NCBI RefSeq assembly: GCF_041956535.1
Contig: NW_027192221.1
Span: 62,001 to 126,000, forward strand
Direction: 5' to 3'
Source: Calcarisporiella thermophila CBS 279.70
Lineage: Eukaryota; Fungi; Calcarisporiellomycota
DNA: 64,000 nt
This document shows, piece by piece, positions 1-13,359 of this stretch (position 1 is its first letter; the number at the start of each line of letters is the position of its first letter). The translations under genes were made by a program, and so were the position numbers. Under the pieces are notes generated by a model. The model ran no database searches. It was not told where the DNA came from and saw only the letters and a list, made by a program, of their open reading frames with translations.

Positions 1-37
1 AGAATGAACATTGCATAACATTTGGCTCTCGTTTGTT

Positions 38-1805
38 TTAAATCTTAGCACTCTTCAAACCCGCGCCAATCTCCTCCTCGTCGCGTACTCCATGTCGCTC
101 TAAAAATTTGGCTACTTCTGCAGGGCCAGGAGAGCCATAGGCATAGGGTAACGGGACAACGCCACCCTTCTCCAGGGCGTGTAGCATGGGAGTGAAGATG
201 CGCCAAGCGGCGTCCAGCTCGTCGTCGCGAACAAAGTGACTTTGATCGCCCCGGAGTACGTCGAGGATCAGGGCCTCGTAGGCGTCAGGGATGCGATAAG
301 AGGCGCCCTGGAATCGGTCTTTGTAGGTCAGATCAAGCGTGGTGGGGGTGGAGCGAATACTGAATCCAGGCACTTTGTTCGTCACTCGCAGCTGGACCGC
401 TTCGTTGGGCTGGACGCGCACAATCAACTCGTTGCGGGCCGCGTCCGGGTACACCTGCCCATTCGCCACATTCCTGAACAGCACTCGCACCTCGACCTTT
501 TGTTCATGCAAGGCCTTGCCCGCCTTTAGGATGAAGGGGACCCCTTGCCACCGGTCGTTGTTGATCCACAAGACATTGGCAGCGAAGGTGGGGCAGTTGC
601 TGTTGGGCGGCACCGTCTTGTCGTCTTTATAGGCGGGTTTGGATCCATCAGCGGAAGCGGTGTACTGGCCAACGATGGTTTCCGAGGGTTTGATGGGAGG
701 GATGCAGCGTAAGACTTTGACCTTCTCATCGCGAATGTCCTGAGAGCTCAGGGAGACGGGGGGCTCCATCGCAACGATGCTGAGGATCTGGAGAAGATCT
801 ATGTACAAGAAGTAAAGGGGGTAGGGCGTCCTATCAATACACGGCTCTGCACCAGCGACCAGGGACTACAGGAGGATGGATGACTTACGGTTCTGCATCA
901 CGTCACGGATAATCCCGAACTCGTCAAAATAGCCGCCTCGACCCTCCGTGCCAAACGGCTCACGCAGCGTGATCTGCACGTTCTCAATGTACTGGCGATT
1001 CCATACAGCGCCAAAAATGACGTTGGCAAAGCGGAGGGTGAGCAAGTTTTTCACCATCTCTTTCCCGAGATAGTGATCGATTCTATACACCTGGGGGGAG
1101 GAGGTTGGTAACGAAATTAGCATCGTAACGAAAAGATAAGAATTTCCTCAAGCAGCATAAGCACGCATGAAAGGTTTCAAGACGTGGTACACACCTCTTC
1201 CTCTGTGAATAGCTCGCCAAACTCTCGCTGTAAGTCACGGAAGCTCTCTAGATCGTGTCCAAATGGCTTCTCGACCACTACTCGGAAGCCATTCTTCCAC
1301 CGAGGATGCACATGTTTCTTCAGCATCCTGGCAACAGCGGTGAACACGCTTGGTGGAAGTGCCAAGTAGGCGACCAGTTTTATTTTCGCACCCATTTCCT
1401 TTTCGGCTTTTTCAATTTCCCCCACTAACTTCTCGAAGGATGCATCCTCGTCGTATTGTCCACTCACATATGACGTGAGGTTAAGGAAAGCGTCGACTTC
1501 CCCTGGCTCTGGATTCTTGATGGAGGAAGTGATACGCCTATTGTACTCAGCGGCATCCATAGGCGTCCGAGCATAGCCAATTATTTTGGTGTTGGATGGG
1601 AAAAATTTATGTTTGTGAAGACTAAAGAGGGCAGGATAAGTTTTCTTGCGGGCGAGATCGCCCGAAGCCCCAAAAACTGAAATAGAAAGGTGGAAAAAAA
1701 TGGTTAGTAATTCGGACGGGAATGCTGTTCTGGATTTCCTCAGGGGTTACCTATGATGACTAAATTATCATTCTGAGCGATTTCGTTCTGATTTGGGCCA
1801 GTCAT
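38..1805 (-). CDS. ZWF1: Glucose-6-phosphate 1-dehydrogenase (4 exons)
   Basis: NADP-binding [23 protein letters not shown], catalytic [22 protein letters not shown] and [16 protein letters not shown] at 1805, GT..AG introns (e.g. 1677-1750), stop at 38. Confidence 0.97.
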
Positions 1806-3646
1806 TTCGGATGTGAATGCAGAGCAAGGTTATAAATTATCGAGATTATAAAGAAGTGGAGCTATAAGACCCTTGGAGGTTTATACCCGTCGTGAAATTT
1901 CTCGAGCGCTCCAACTTACGTGATTGTGTGACTGCCTTGTGTGGGAAAATGTAAGATTGGGATGCATCCTCCGCTGACAGTTTTTTGATTTCTAATACTT
2001 GTCTAACCCAACCTTGACGTATTCAGTTCAGGTGAAAATACAAGCCACCGAATCGTTTTGGGGGAATGGAGCGATATCTGCAAAACTCTTATTTATCAGG
2101 CTCTTCCCTCTCCCCCCCCCATCCGCCGACGGTGACTATTCCAGGTCGGCTGTGGCCAATGGGGAATCAATACTCTTGTTGGACAGACTTTGCGAGGGAG
2201 TACTAGCCAAAATGGTTGGTGAACTCGCCTATTGCCTACATTATCCCGTTCGTTTCAATGGAGATCTTTAGCTACTACTACTTCCCCCAGTGTGGCTTCT
2301 AGAGGGTAGGTATAAGATCATCCGGCTCAGGAAGTCACGCCCGCCATCTCGTTACCATATCGACTTGTGCCGCAGCTTTTTACCTGCCTAAATTTGTCCT
2401 ACAGAAATTATAATGTGGATAAGCTCTAAAAAATGTTCTGAAACCAAAGTTCCTCCTTCTGAAAGAGAGGCGTTTTCGATTCCGTTACGTAGAGAACATG
2501 TTTGAGGTTGGCGGTAGAGTGCAGGATTTGCTATAGGATAAATGAGCCTGATTTGGAAGGGTATAGAGAGGATGAGCTGGCCCTCACAAAGCAGACTTGG
2601 ACACCGGATGCAAAACCATGGTCGAGCTTGGCCGCCTCTGCTCTCTCTATGTCGATGGCCTCCCCTCGATCACAGCGTTGAAAGTGTGCTGCTGCGAAGG
2701 CCTAAGAGCACAGGCTGGACCCATTGGAGAATGCTCTGCCCCAATTGCGGAATGGTGCTGCGGACCGCATCGAGTGGTTTTCGGTGGCCCGTTTGTGCTC
2801 TCGGACTAAGTCTTTCCGAGCGCTCTGACTGTTTTTCCGTTTAAAGGAAAAATTTATAACCTCCCCTCTCGGATTTGTAATGCCATGCAACCTGGTGAAT
2901 CACGGCGGCCTTTCGCAGGAGGCAGAGGGAGATATTCGCCATTCCTAAACACCAGCGTGGCCGCAAACACGCCCAGAGGACAAGACGAGGACCAGAAGAG
3001 ACGAGAGCGATGGAAGATTCTAGGTTGAAGGGAGGCGAGGAGCCGCGCGCTTGGAGGTTTAGGCTTGCATTGGAAAATGGCTCGTTGAATAAGAATCTGA
3101 GCATGAAATCGCCCCCGTGGTACAATATGACGCTCTCCAATTTTTCCTTTTTGACTAGATGATGAGGGGATGAGTAGTCTGTTGCCGTATGCGACCCATG
3201 CTCACCTGAGACGTTCGCAGGAGCTTGCCCTGACGGCGAGGCAGTATTCAAGGGGCGCGCGCCGCTGCGTCGGCTGACATGTGATCACCGGAGAGCCGCG
3301 TCGAACAGGGCCAGAGCTCTGTCGAGGAGAGGGTGTGTTAATGTGACTGCGGAATCAGCCGGGGCCATTGGAGCGGAAACAAGGGAGATAATTCTGACAT
3401 TGCGATGATTTTTGTGGCAAAATAGATTTGTCAGTTAATTTGATATAAAAGAATCGCGTAGAAATCCCCCTCTCTTCTTTCTCCTCTCAAATACTAGCCC
3501 CCCCGGAATCGCTGGCTTGGCAAGGCGATTTCTCTCCCAACGAATTCGAACCTGACGCTGCCTTCTCCCTGCTATATTCATACCTCCTATATCCTCTTTG
3601 CACCACTCCACCACTTTTGTCTTGCACCTGCTTTCTGATTTCTAAT

Positions 3647-5505
3647 ATGAGTGCATTACTAATAAAGACGCTGGCCCTGTTCCTAGTGCTAGCAATCACT
3701 GCTTTTGCGCAGGAGGATCACCATCATATGGCCATGCCCGAAAATCTCGACACTTCGTTGCCCCCGTCGTACATGACCTACAAGGAGTCCCGGGGCCTCT
3801 TAGTATCACATATTGTCTTCATGGTGCTTGGGTACGGCATACTTCTTCCAATGGGTAAGTTGCTTATTAATAGCCCCCATCCAAGGAAGATTTGACCAAT
3901 GTCTTTGAAATGCAAGGCATGGCGCTCGGTATTTCCCGGTCGCGTTGGCATATTCCCTGCCAAGTGTTTGGCATTGCGGCTATCATTATGGGCTACTTCT
4001 TTGGACATTCCTACGGCCATTCCACCCCGGATTTCTACCCTAACAATCTCCACCACAAGTTCGGCAAATGGCTACTTGCTCTGACTTTCGGCCAAATTTT
4101 CTTGGGCGTGGCACGCAAAATCGCAAAGCGCAAGGAGGCGAAGGTAAAGGGCTCGGACTATACCTCAGTCCCATCTTCCGAAACCGAAGCCATCCGCCTG
4201 GTTCACAACGGAGGCGACGGGGACGACGAATTATTATTGGAATCCCCTGTGAGCATGTCGGGAGCCCGCTCGTGGTTTGCGCACTTGCCAATGCCGGCTC
4301 GCGCTCGCTATCACCAATGGACGGCCCGCATCCCGCGTGTTGTTTCTGTCCCCCTTGGGTATGCGACATATATGCTTTCGGCCCTATTGTCCCGCGCTTT
4401 CACGTCCACTGTCCTTTTCTGGTCTCACCGCATCCTTGGCCGCCTCATCTTAATCCTGGCTTTCATGCAAGTCATTCTGGGGGCCGTCGCGTTCACGGGT
4501 GGATGCCAAGCGTGGGAGGTCCTTGGCTGTATTGCACACTACATCAAGGGCGCCATCTTCTTCTGGTACGGTATCCTCACCTTTGCTCGCTTCCTCGGCT
4601 GCTTCGCGGAGTGGGGCTGGGCTTGGAACGTCGTGCCCGACCATGAAAAATACATCACCGCCGAATTCATCGAGGCTTTTACCGTGTTTCTCTACGGAAT
4701 CACCAACACATGGATGGAGCACTTTGGACAGAGCTCGGAATGGAGCCACAAGGACTTCCAGCACGCAAGTCTGGCGTTCATGTGGTGGTGGGCGGGTCTG
4801 TGCGGAGTGTTATTGGAGCTGCGCTGGGTTCGCCGGAGGTTGGACCGAGTCGTGGGCCATCTCGATACAAGTGATAGCCAATCTCAACCATCGTCGCTGC
4901 AACAGCAGCAGCAACACCCTCAGTCGCATCAGCGGACCTCCGAGGAGGTGTCCGACGATGCTGGCTCCTGCTCATCGTCAACCACGGCCGTTTTCCCAGG
5001 CGATGCCCGCTCGCGGCCCAATACGCTGAAGCCCCAGCGCTATGGATTTAATCCCTTCGTCGCCCTCATCATTCTAGTGACAGGGATCTCGATGGGCAAC
5101 CACCATCAGCTGACCGCCTTTTCCACTCAGATCCACTGGCTCTGGGGGCTCTATCTCGCCCTCTTTGCCGTCTTCCGCCTAATTACCCAGCTCCTTCTCT
5201 ATATCCGACCACCCACCACGGTGAAGCCTTCACGTCCCCCCTCGGAAGCCTTGGCTGCATTTTGTCTGACGGCTGGTGGAGTGCTGTTCATGATGTCCAA
5301 CCAGGACATGGTCGACCTGTTGATGAAGCTGGGCGTGGATCCGATGTTCTTGATCAACGTGGTCACAGCCATCACCTTCATTGTCCTGATTTGGACCTGC
5401 GTGCTCATTGTCATTTCCTATTCCGGACCCCGGTTTAATCCCGCATCGTCAACCACCAGCACAAAATCCGACGCTCGAAAGGATAGTGGATATGACCATG
5501 CATAA
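3647..5505 (+). CDS. Ytp1-like multi-pass membrane protein with signal peptide
   Basis: Signal peptide MSALLIKTLALFLVLAITAFA, one intron (~3854-3916, GTAAGT..AAG), many TM helices, and motifs HYIKGAIFFWYG, EHFG..WSHKDFQH and HHQ..FSTQIH typical of the fungal Ytp1/DUF2427 family. Confidence 0.82.
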
Positions 5506-6275
5506 TTTTCTATTTATCTCCATTGCGCCGAAAGGACATGTTTTAATCTTGAACTTTTGTTTTCCATTTAAAATCCTCCTCGGAGCATGCTTGCACTTAA
5601 GCACGTTCTAGTATATATTTATCTAGCCTTTTTTTTTATTTTTCGTTCAGCTTATCATCACATCTTCCCTTCACCCCCCCCCCCCTCTCCTCTTCCTCCT
5701 CTCCTCTTGTATTTATCACTAATGTCGTGGAGATGATCGAATATAATATAATAGTGTTTTTCCTTGATTTTTGCTTCTGCAGCTGCTCTCCTCGGGCGTC
5801 GGCACTAGATCTCGACCTAAGCCCGATCTGATTTGGCCGTTAACCCGGGAAAGCAAAATAATTACCAGAAAATTTTTGTGTGACCCAAGGGTGGTTCGTT
5901 CTATTTCTTGTTATTTTCCCTTCCTTCCAAATGCTATCTGGTGCTTGATACACGCTCTTAGCGCCTTTTTCATCTACCTTTACTCGACTCATTCATTTAT
6001 TTATTATTTAATTTTCTTTCTGTATTCCATCCTTGCTATTGAGCTGGTCTCAATAATCACGTGAATCTCTCCCTTTTCATTGAGATCATATACTTGATAT
6101 ATTGGCTCAACATCCCGATCATCATCGCGAGAGAACCGACTCACCATCCGATAGAAAGAAAGGTAACCTCTAAGAATCCAATGTCTTTTTGCTCTTCTTG
6201 CGACTGCCTAGGGAGATTGAGCTAAGCATCTCAAATCGATTTTTTCCATCCACAGGTCTGGGTTAAGACGCAATA

Positions 6276-7153
6276 ATGAAAATTGGAAGTCTTTTCTTTA
6301 TTCTTTTCATCGTGCTCTTTGTGCTGGTCAGCCTAGCCTCCGAGGCCGATGCGGAAAAACTACGACCACCAGCTGCTACCACGACAGCAGCAGCAGCAGC
6401 AGCAGCAACAGCAACAGCAACAACAGACTTCCGATACCAAATCGCCTGTGGATAAGCCAAGCTCAGAGGTGAAGCCCACCAATGGAAAGCCTACTTCAGA
6501 GAGCAAACCGGCCGAAACTCCAACCACCAAACCCACAAGTGAAAAGCCAGTGACTCCAAACCCAACCCCCAGTGATAACCCAAGCGTGAAGCCAAGCCAG
6601 CCTAGCTCTCCGGCAGAGCCTACTGCTGAACCAGAAACGACCGTTGCTCCCCCTAAATCGACCCGTAGGACCTCGACTAGCTTCGTCACCGTGACGATCC
6701 CCGCGACCAATGGACCCGCCCCCAGCAACCCAGCTAATCCCGCTGATCCTCAGCAACAACAAGGCCAGCCCAGTGGTCAAACGCAGCCGCAGAGTCCCCA
6801 GAACCAGGCAAGTGCACAATCTCAAGCACCATCACCACCTCAATCACAATCCCAACGAGGCCTGATTATTGGGCTCTCCGTCACTGGCGGAGTAATCGTG
6901 TTGGGAGCGGTAGCGTTCGTGCTGACTAAATTCCTGAGGCAGCGGTCCTCCAGCCGGTGGGACGACGAGGAATTCGGCAGTGGAGGGGCCTACGGAAAGC
7001 AGGCGGATCCCTTCAAGGTAACTTGCCATTTCCCCCGGCAATCCGTTGGTTGCCCGCGCTTTGTGAATTTGCCCTTTTTATTGCACCTTCTCCTATTGAT
7101 ATGTTCTACCTTGTTTATAGATGACACTTGACCAATACCACCGCTCTCGCTAA
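6276..7153 (+). CDS. Mucin-like single-pass cell-surface protein, interrupted by a 1-nt frameshift in the assembly
   Basis: Signal peptide from ATG 6276. The polyQ and S/T/P-rich ectodomain and the TM helix (IIGLSVTGGVIVLGAVAFVL) are in the +1 frame. Intron 7018-7120 gives the C-terminus DPFK|MTLDQYHRSR*. Probable 5'UTR intron at ~6162-6255. Confidence 0.72.
6382..6426 (+). repeat. CAG/CAA trinucleotide repeat (polyQ, 14 codons)
   Basis: Visible directly in the sequence. Confidence 0.9.
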
Positions 7154-7729
7154 TACTCGCCGTGGATACCAATTGTTTTCTCCCCCTTATTTATATATAT
7201 CCTCTTAACTCTAATATGTATTTCTTTTTTTTTATTTTATTTTCACTCCTTAGCTAGTTTTTTAGCACTCGTAATGATTTACTCACGCGGTGATCCGAGA
7301 GTAAATGAATTCCCCTCTATCATACATCTTTGATTCCCCCCCCCCCCCTATCGAACTCTGTCTAACTTGTGTTTTGCTCCTATCCACCTGTGAAGACCTG
7401 GCTCCGCTGTCCTGTTGTTATATTGGAGGATTCAAATGGATAAAAACACACACATGCAAGAGTATTATTATTCATTGCGCTCAACGAAAAAATATAATAT
7501 AGAGATAACGTGGAGAAAGAGGAGGGCAGTGGGACTCTCACACAGTGAGAGAAAATCCCCAGCAACAGAAACCAAAGGCATTAGAAATAGTAATATAACC
7601 CTCTCCATGCAAGCACTCAAACCTGAGGAGGAGGGGATACGTCAAATGACAAACAAGCAAACAGATAAACTATAACATAGCAAAAGTAAGAGCAGAATTA
7701 AAGAAAGAAAAGTGCAGCAGATGAATAAA

Positions 7730-9377
7730 TTATTCGTCGTCGCGCGACCGCTTTCGCCATCCTCGGGCACCAACGTAGATCGCGACACCGTTGTTTGTGA
7801 ACTAGAGAAAGAAGGAAGGGTATACAGGTGAGCTCTTTGTTTTCAAACCTTTGGTTTCTTATGCCTCTGGAAAGAATCCGCTTACCCGATAATTGGGATC
7901 CACCACCAATCCCTCCGCCAAAATCACTTGGCGATAAAAGGCGCTCGACTGATACCCTACACGATGCGGAATATAGCTAGCAAAGAGCCCCCACTTATCT
8001 CCACAGCCGAATTGCCCCGCAACTTCCAGAAATTTGGCCTTCTCCTCCGCCGTCCAGTCGCCCATCCATTGTTCGACCCCAGGCTCCGTGTGCCGGTAGA
8101 AGTAGCAGTTAGGGTTTTTTCGGAATGAAACCTTGGCGATCTCCTTGGCCGACTTGGATGCCTTGGGCTGCTGTTGGGATTGGCCGAGCGGGTTACGGTA
8201 GGAATAGGAGCCGCCTCCATTTTTCTTCCAGGCCTCCTCCGCAGAGCCGTCAAGGCCGTATTTCGAGACAATCTCGGGGTTCACCCATCCACGAAAATGC
8301 CCATCCGTCTTAATCGCATTGCGGAGTACGTCCTCGCTAAAGTATTTCTCGGCAGGGATCAGCTCGTTAAAGTTGATGTTCGCTTCACCATCAGCCTCGG
8401 CGAGTTTGGCATCCGAGCACTGTTCTGGGTTGGCTTCTCTTTCTTTCTCCGCCTTCTCTCTCTCCTCTTTGCTCTGAGCCAGACTTCTGAGGCGACCGGA
8501 GGTTCGACGGGGTACTGAAGGAGTTTCCGCTACATTGAATCACTCTAGATTAGATACATGCGGCTCTACCTCTAAATTTGTTTACACGTACCTTTGACTT
8601 TGGCTTGCTTGCGTTTTTTCTTTCTATTACGTGGAACAGGCGTTAGTGGACCCGTCCCCAACAATGCAAGAGTGAAGCAGGCACTTACTCAGTCTCCGGC
8701 TTGGTGGTCTCTTCGGCTGGCGTTGTAACCGCCCGGACTTGCTCCACCGCGTCCAGGACCTGAAGGGATTGGAGGAGTTCGTGATTACGGCGAATATTTT
8801 CAAGGCGTTGTAATTCTGATAATAATCAAATGTAAACAAAAAACGCGGAAAGAATGAAAGAAAAAGAGACAGGGAATTATACCGTATTCAGACAAGGCCG
8901 TCTCCTGTATAATAAATCCTTTGAAAACGCATTATAAACATTCAGATAATTTGAGACACATAACCAAAACAAACATGGAATACCTTCATCCTTCTTTCGA
9001 TTCTTTTTCATTTTCTTTCTTTTTGGCCCCTCGTTCTCCTCCTCCTCCTCCTCCTCCTCCTCTTCGTCGTCTTCTGTCCCCTCCTTCTCATTTTTTCCGG
9101 CCTCTTCTTCCTTTTCATTTTCTTCCAAATTCTCCTTTTCTTCCTCAATCCCGATTTCATCCTTAACATCATCCGAATCCTTCAGTACCTTTTCTTCTTC
9201 CTCAGCGGGAGCTACCTTTTCTACCACTTCCTCCTCTACAATACTCTCCATAACTACAATGGGCTCTTTGCTATCCAGAACCTTGACCTTGGTGGCATCG
9301 ACCACCCTCGCCACCGGAGTCGGGGCATTGTCTTTTCCATTTAGGGCTGAGCGTTTGGCTTTGAAGAATGAAAGCAT
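7730..9377 (-). CDS. Myb/SANT-like domain protein with acidic N-terminus
   Basis: Spliced model: poly-E tract, LSEYELQRLENIRRNHELLQSL motif, Myb-like WTAEEKAKFLEVAGQFGCGDKWGLFASYIPHRVGYQSSAFYR, last exon FTNNGVAIYVG..DDE*. Confidence 0.75.
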
Positions 9378-10410
9378 TATGCTATAGGGTGAAATCTATT
9401 CAATTGAATACTAGAGATAAAGTAGAATGGATTCTAGAACATGGATGTTCAACACAAAGAAAAAAAAATGCGATAGACAGTAGAAAAAGCGAGAGGAAAA
9501 GAGTTTATGACATTTATTCGCCTCTTTAAATTCTGCACTCGACATCGACGCGTGTGACCGACAAATAGTATCCAAGAAAGAGAAATCTGAGAAAACTGCG
9601 CCCTTGAGATCCACTTTGGGATTCTCTTGTCTCAATCTGGGTTATACATAAACGAAACGCGCCTCGAAGCCATTCCAGTCCTATATATCCTTTTACTATG
9701 GCATACAGAATTCACCAAGGGAGATTCACTCTCCCCAAATCGGTTTATCCATGAAATCTATCTTAACCAGGCTTGCAAGCCAGAGGTGCCCCAATGCGCA
9801 AATCCGCTTACCTCAATGTATTATTAAACTCTTAGGATCTGTCGAAGTCATAAAATATGAAAAATACCAGCAAAATGATAGCGTAGAGCAGTTATACATG
9901 ATTATCAGTGAAACTTGACTTTATATGCAAGAAGAATGCTCATTTCTATAACTTATGTTCAGATATTGGTGACGACATTTAAACAGGCACCACATATATA
10001 AATACATTGCCTTTGTTCAAAGGGATGATCCATAAGCTAGTTAAAAAAAATTTGTTGGCAACTTCTAATACTTGGTAATCATTGAGCTATGCTGTAGCAA
10101 TCAACTTCATGGTGAAGAAGTAGTAATTGGAACTCTTATCATTTGTAAAACTGCAGCTTGACGAGATATCATCCATGGGCGAAAGGAGAAAAACCATTCA
10201 TTAAAAATAACATTGTTTAATTGTTGAAAACAACTAGGATATATTAATGAAAATAGACACAGTTAATTGCTCGACCTATCCAGCCCCATCCTATGGAATT
10301 TTAGTTTTGTACAGTTGGCTCCATAATGATACCAGGGCTACGCCCACTCCTGAAAACCCTAGCATGCTTCCCCTCATGCTTCTATAATGGAAGAAAGGAT
10401 GGCTGCGATG

Positions 10411-10882
10411 CTACTCTCCTTCAGAACACGCTAGCAGAGTTATTAGCTGCCAATGCAAAGCATGCGCTCTCTCTATCATTTCTTTGAGTGCTTGATCTTT
10501 CTTCATTGATTCCTGAAAATGAAAACCATAAAGATCGTCAACAGTTAGGTTTCACACCGATGAGTGAATCAGTAGAAATTACATCATATAAGCGATCACG
10601 TCTCTCCTTTAATCCTAGCAATTCTTCAGACTTCTCCTCGTCAGCTTCCATCGCATCGCCATTCTTGTTTCTGTGTTCTTCAATCCACGCCAACTCTTTC
10701 GCTAGCGCGTCAGATACGCGCTCGAACTCCTCGCGACAATGTGAGATCGAGGAATTCTCATCATTAGGAGGGTTCGTAAGCAAAGAACGCAAGGTGCGAT
10801 CAATGCATTGGCGTAGCTGTGAGAGAAGTTGACGGGCGGATGTGATATGGGAGAGAAGTGGTATTGTTGTCGTTGTTGTCAT
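10411..10882 (-). CDS. Small helical protein (133 aa, 2 exons), candidate Mediator subunit Med30-like
   Basis: Exon 1 10882-10583; intron 10582-10513 (GTAATT, CTAAC branch site, CAG); exon 2 ESMKKDQALKEMIERAHALHWQLITLLACSEGE*. The gene model is solid; the family call is from recalled similarity only. Confidence 0.6.
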
Positions 10883-11636
10883 TCAGTTATTATGAAGAAG
10901 AATAGACCATGACTTTTTATCTGCTTCGACTAATCATCCTTCTGCTCCATAATAAAATTTGATTGGCCGCAAACCAAAATTATATATGGAAAACTGATGT
11001 TTTGAATATATTGCTTTATTAACTTATAATCACAAAGATAATGGGGATAAAGAGCGTTTCATTTAATGGTTTAATAATAATAGATTGGAAAAAGGCTTTT
11101 GGAAGGGGCACTCGCTAGTGCCACATAGGCCATGTTGGGCATTTTATACAAGTATTCATTGCAGTAATATCGGTTGAATTCAGACGTTAAAAGACAAATT
11201 TTTTTTGTGGATCAAGGCCTAGCCTAATATCTCTCTCTTCTTATCTAGATCGAAATTCCGCAATACTAGGATAGACGAACACGTTTGGAAGATTACAATG
11301 CATGTTGAATAGAAAAGTGCGGGCTATTAAGGCCTCAGTTATTAAGGATTTTCTGGACAAATTTCATTTGTTCGAATTTCAAATCGTCGCCTTATTCTAT
11401 GCAGCAAAACTCATCCACACTTGTTAGCCAGGATAGAGAACTAAAAATCCTTCAATAGTTCTGTATTATGGGGAGCTATTTCTACCACGAGATTGGAATG
11501 AATGTCAATAATGATTAGTTAGGATACTAGCTAAAATAGTGAAAAAAATAAAAGAACAGAGTCGAAAAATAGATCGTCCAAGAAAAAATTAAGGTATAAA
11601 TCCCAAAAATAGTCCATGGTATATAGGGAGAGAAAA

Positions 11637-12863
11637 TTATAATGTCCTAAAATCCGCCTTTTCCTGCCTATCCACGAATTTCCCCTCACATCCAACTTCT
11701 GCTTTCCCTTGATAGTGAAGAGCGAGCTGCGCTAGTTGATAGCGATAAAGAATCTTCACCCCATCCTTCACGAGAATGAACAAGCATCCGCCAAGGACAT
11801 TACGATGAAACGTGTCAAGGGCGCTGAGTTGGGAGATGTAGCTATTGGAAACGACGTGTACAATAGGGGTTAAAAATGGTTAGCTCGGATGTTTGGGCTC
11901 CAATATTACCCTCCAATCCAAGCGGAGATGGCAGGAAGAAGCAGTGCACCAAGCACTTGTCGCATTAGCGTGGTTCGACTTGATGATCGGGATTGTGTGG
12001 ATTCTGGAGCTAGTGTATCCACCGATCGCAAGAGAAACAGGGAGAAAGCATTGTATGCCATACTATTTCATCATTTATCGTTACTATATCCATATGCGTG
12101 CAACCGGCAACTTCCTCCTCTCTTACCTCAATGTGGGAAGAAATGCGAGCGTCAATGCAGGCGACCAACACCACAAAACTTCGTCCAGAACAAGTATTGG
12201 AACTGTAAGCGCGACGAAGTGAGCGAATTGCGTACGGCACACCACCAGTCCGACAGGCACAAAAGGCAAGCCTATCCACATGCGCCATGTCCAAGGAATA
12301 GACAGAAGTCGGCCGCCCTCGTCTGAGCCAAACATGGTCAGCACTGTATAGGCACTAAGGGGAATGCATTTGGTTGGAGAAAGTTTTCTTCAATAGCATA
12401 CTTCATCTCCCTTGTAGACACTTACCCGTAAGTGGTGCAAGAGACAAGGAGAGAGAATGCAAGTCCTGCAACAGCGAAGTAGGGGAATGAAGTTGTCACA
12501 GCTTGTTTAGCCATGGCGTAGAGCAGCGATGTTAAAGGGATAGGCTCGTCTATATAGAAATGATCTTTGCATTGCGGACATGTGATCTAATAAAATGATG
12601 AGCTTTCAAGAGGCGGGGATGGCATGAATAGGGGCAATACATACCTTTGAGAACGGCTTCATCCGCCTCCTTTCCCGCGCCCACCGTAGAAAGCAATCTC
12701 TATGGATAACCAGAGAGCAGTAGGATCGGCAGCGTAGCCATTGTGTGTCCTGTTCTCCATCAACGGCCTCCCTCTCCTCTGCCTCCTCTTCCTCCTCAAA
12801 GCATACCCAGCAACGGCGTGGCTCTCTGGCAAAAGATGTGCTCCTTGGGGGAGGATTAGTCAT
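11637..12863 (-). CDS. MARCH5-like RING-CH membrane E3 ubiquitin ligase (5 exons)
   Basis: RING-CH CWVC..C..C..H..C..W..CPQC, followed by TM segments with WIGLPFVPVGLV, RQVLGALLLPAISAWIG and RNVLGGCLFILVKDGVKILYRYQ, matching the MARCH5 layout. Confidence 0.8.
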
Positions 12864-13359
12864 TTTCTGCGAAAGGAGCGTAATCAGTCTTATGGCACAA
12901 AAAATTAAGGGATTTAGAGTTTTCTGCTCACATCCGATATCGCGGACATTCAATATGGAAATGTGACTCTCTTTAATTTCAGCTGACGATGGTGAGACTT
13001 GGGTTAAGGGAGCGGGGTCTTTTTGTGCCTTCATCGCCTTGTGTCAGACTTTGTCCCTTCTCTCCCATGTTTGCGGGGGCCTGGGTGTTGCTAATAAATT
13101 ATTGGCATGGGGATCTCAAACCATCAATCATTCAATGATCTCTAACCGATGGGTTAACTGGATTGCCTTTTGGCCGTTACATGTCATCGATGGGTGCAAC
13201 AATGGGGGCCAATTTGATGATGATGAATGAATGAATGGATATCTATGGGCCCGGTTCGATAGCATACCTATCATTCATTCCATGCCAATGGATACAATTT
13301 TTAAAAATACAATATATGTAAAAAAATAAAATCTTGTAGAGAATGGAAAAGAGTATAAA

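Noticed and set aside
2001-2015. Telomerase RNA template (CTAACCCAACC)
   Set aside because: Not a proper 1.5-repeat TTAGGG template, and no supported pseudoknot.
2841-3368. Selenoprotein via in-frame TGA at 3285-3287
   Set aside because: No redox motif (UxxC/CxxU), no recognisable selenoprotein family, and no SECIS I can identify.
4040-5029. Overlapping or antisense ORFs within GC-rich genes (also in P5 ATPase, STE12, TAF1, YTH)
   Set aside because: Shadow ORFs from codon bias, with no motifs.
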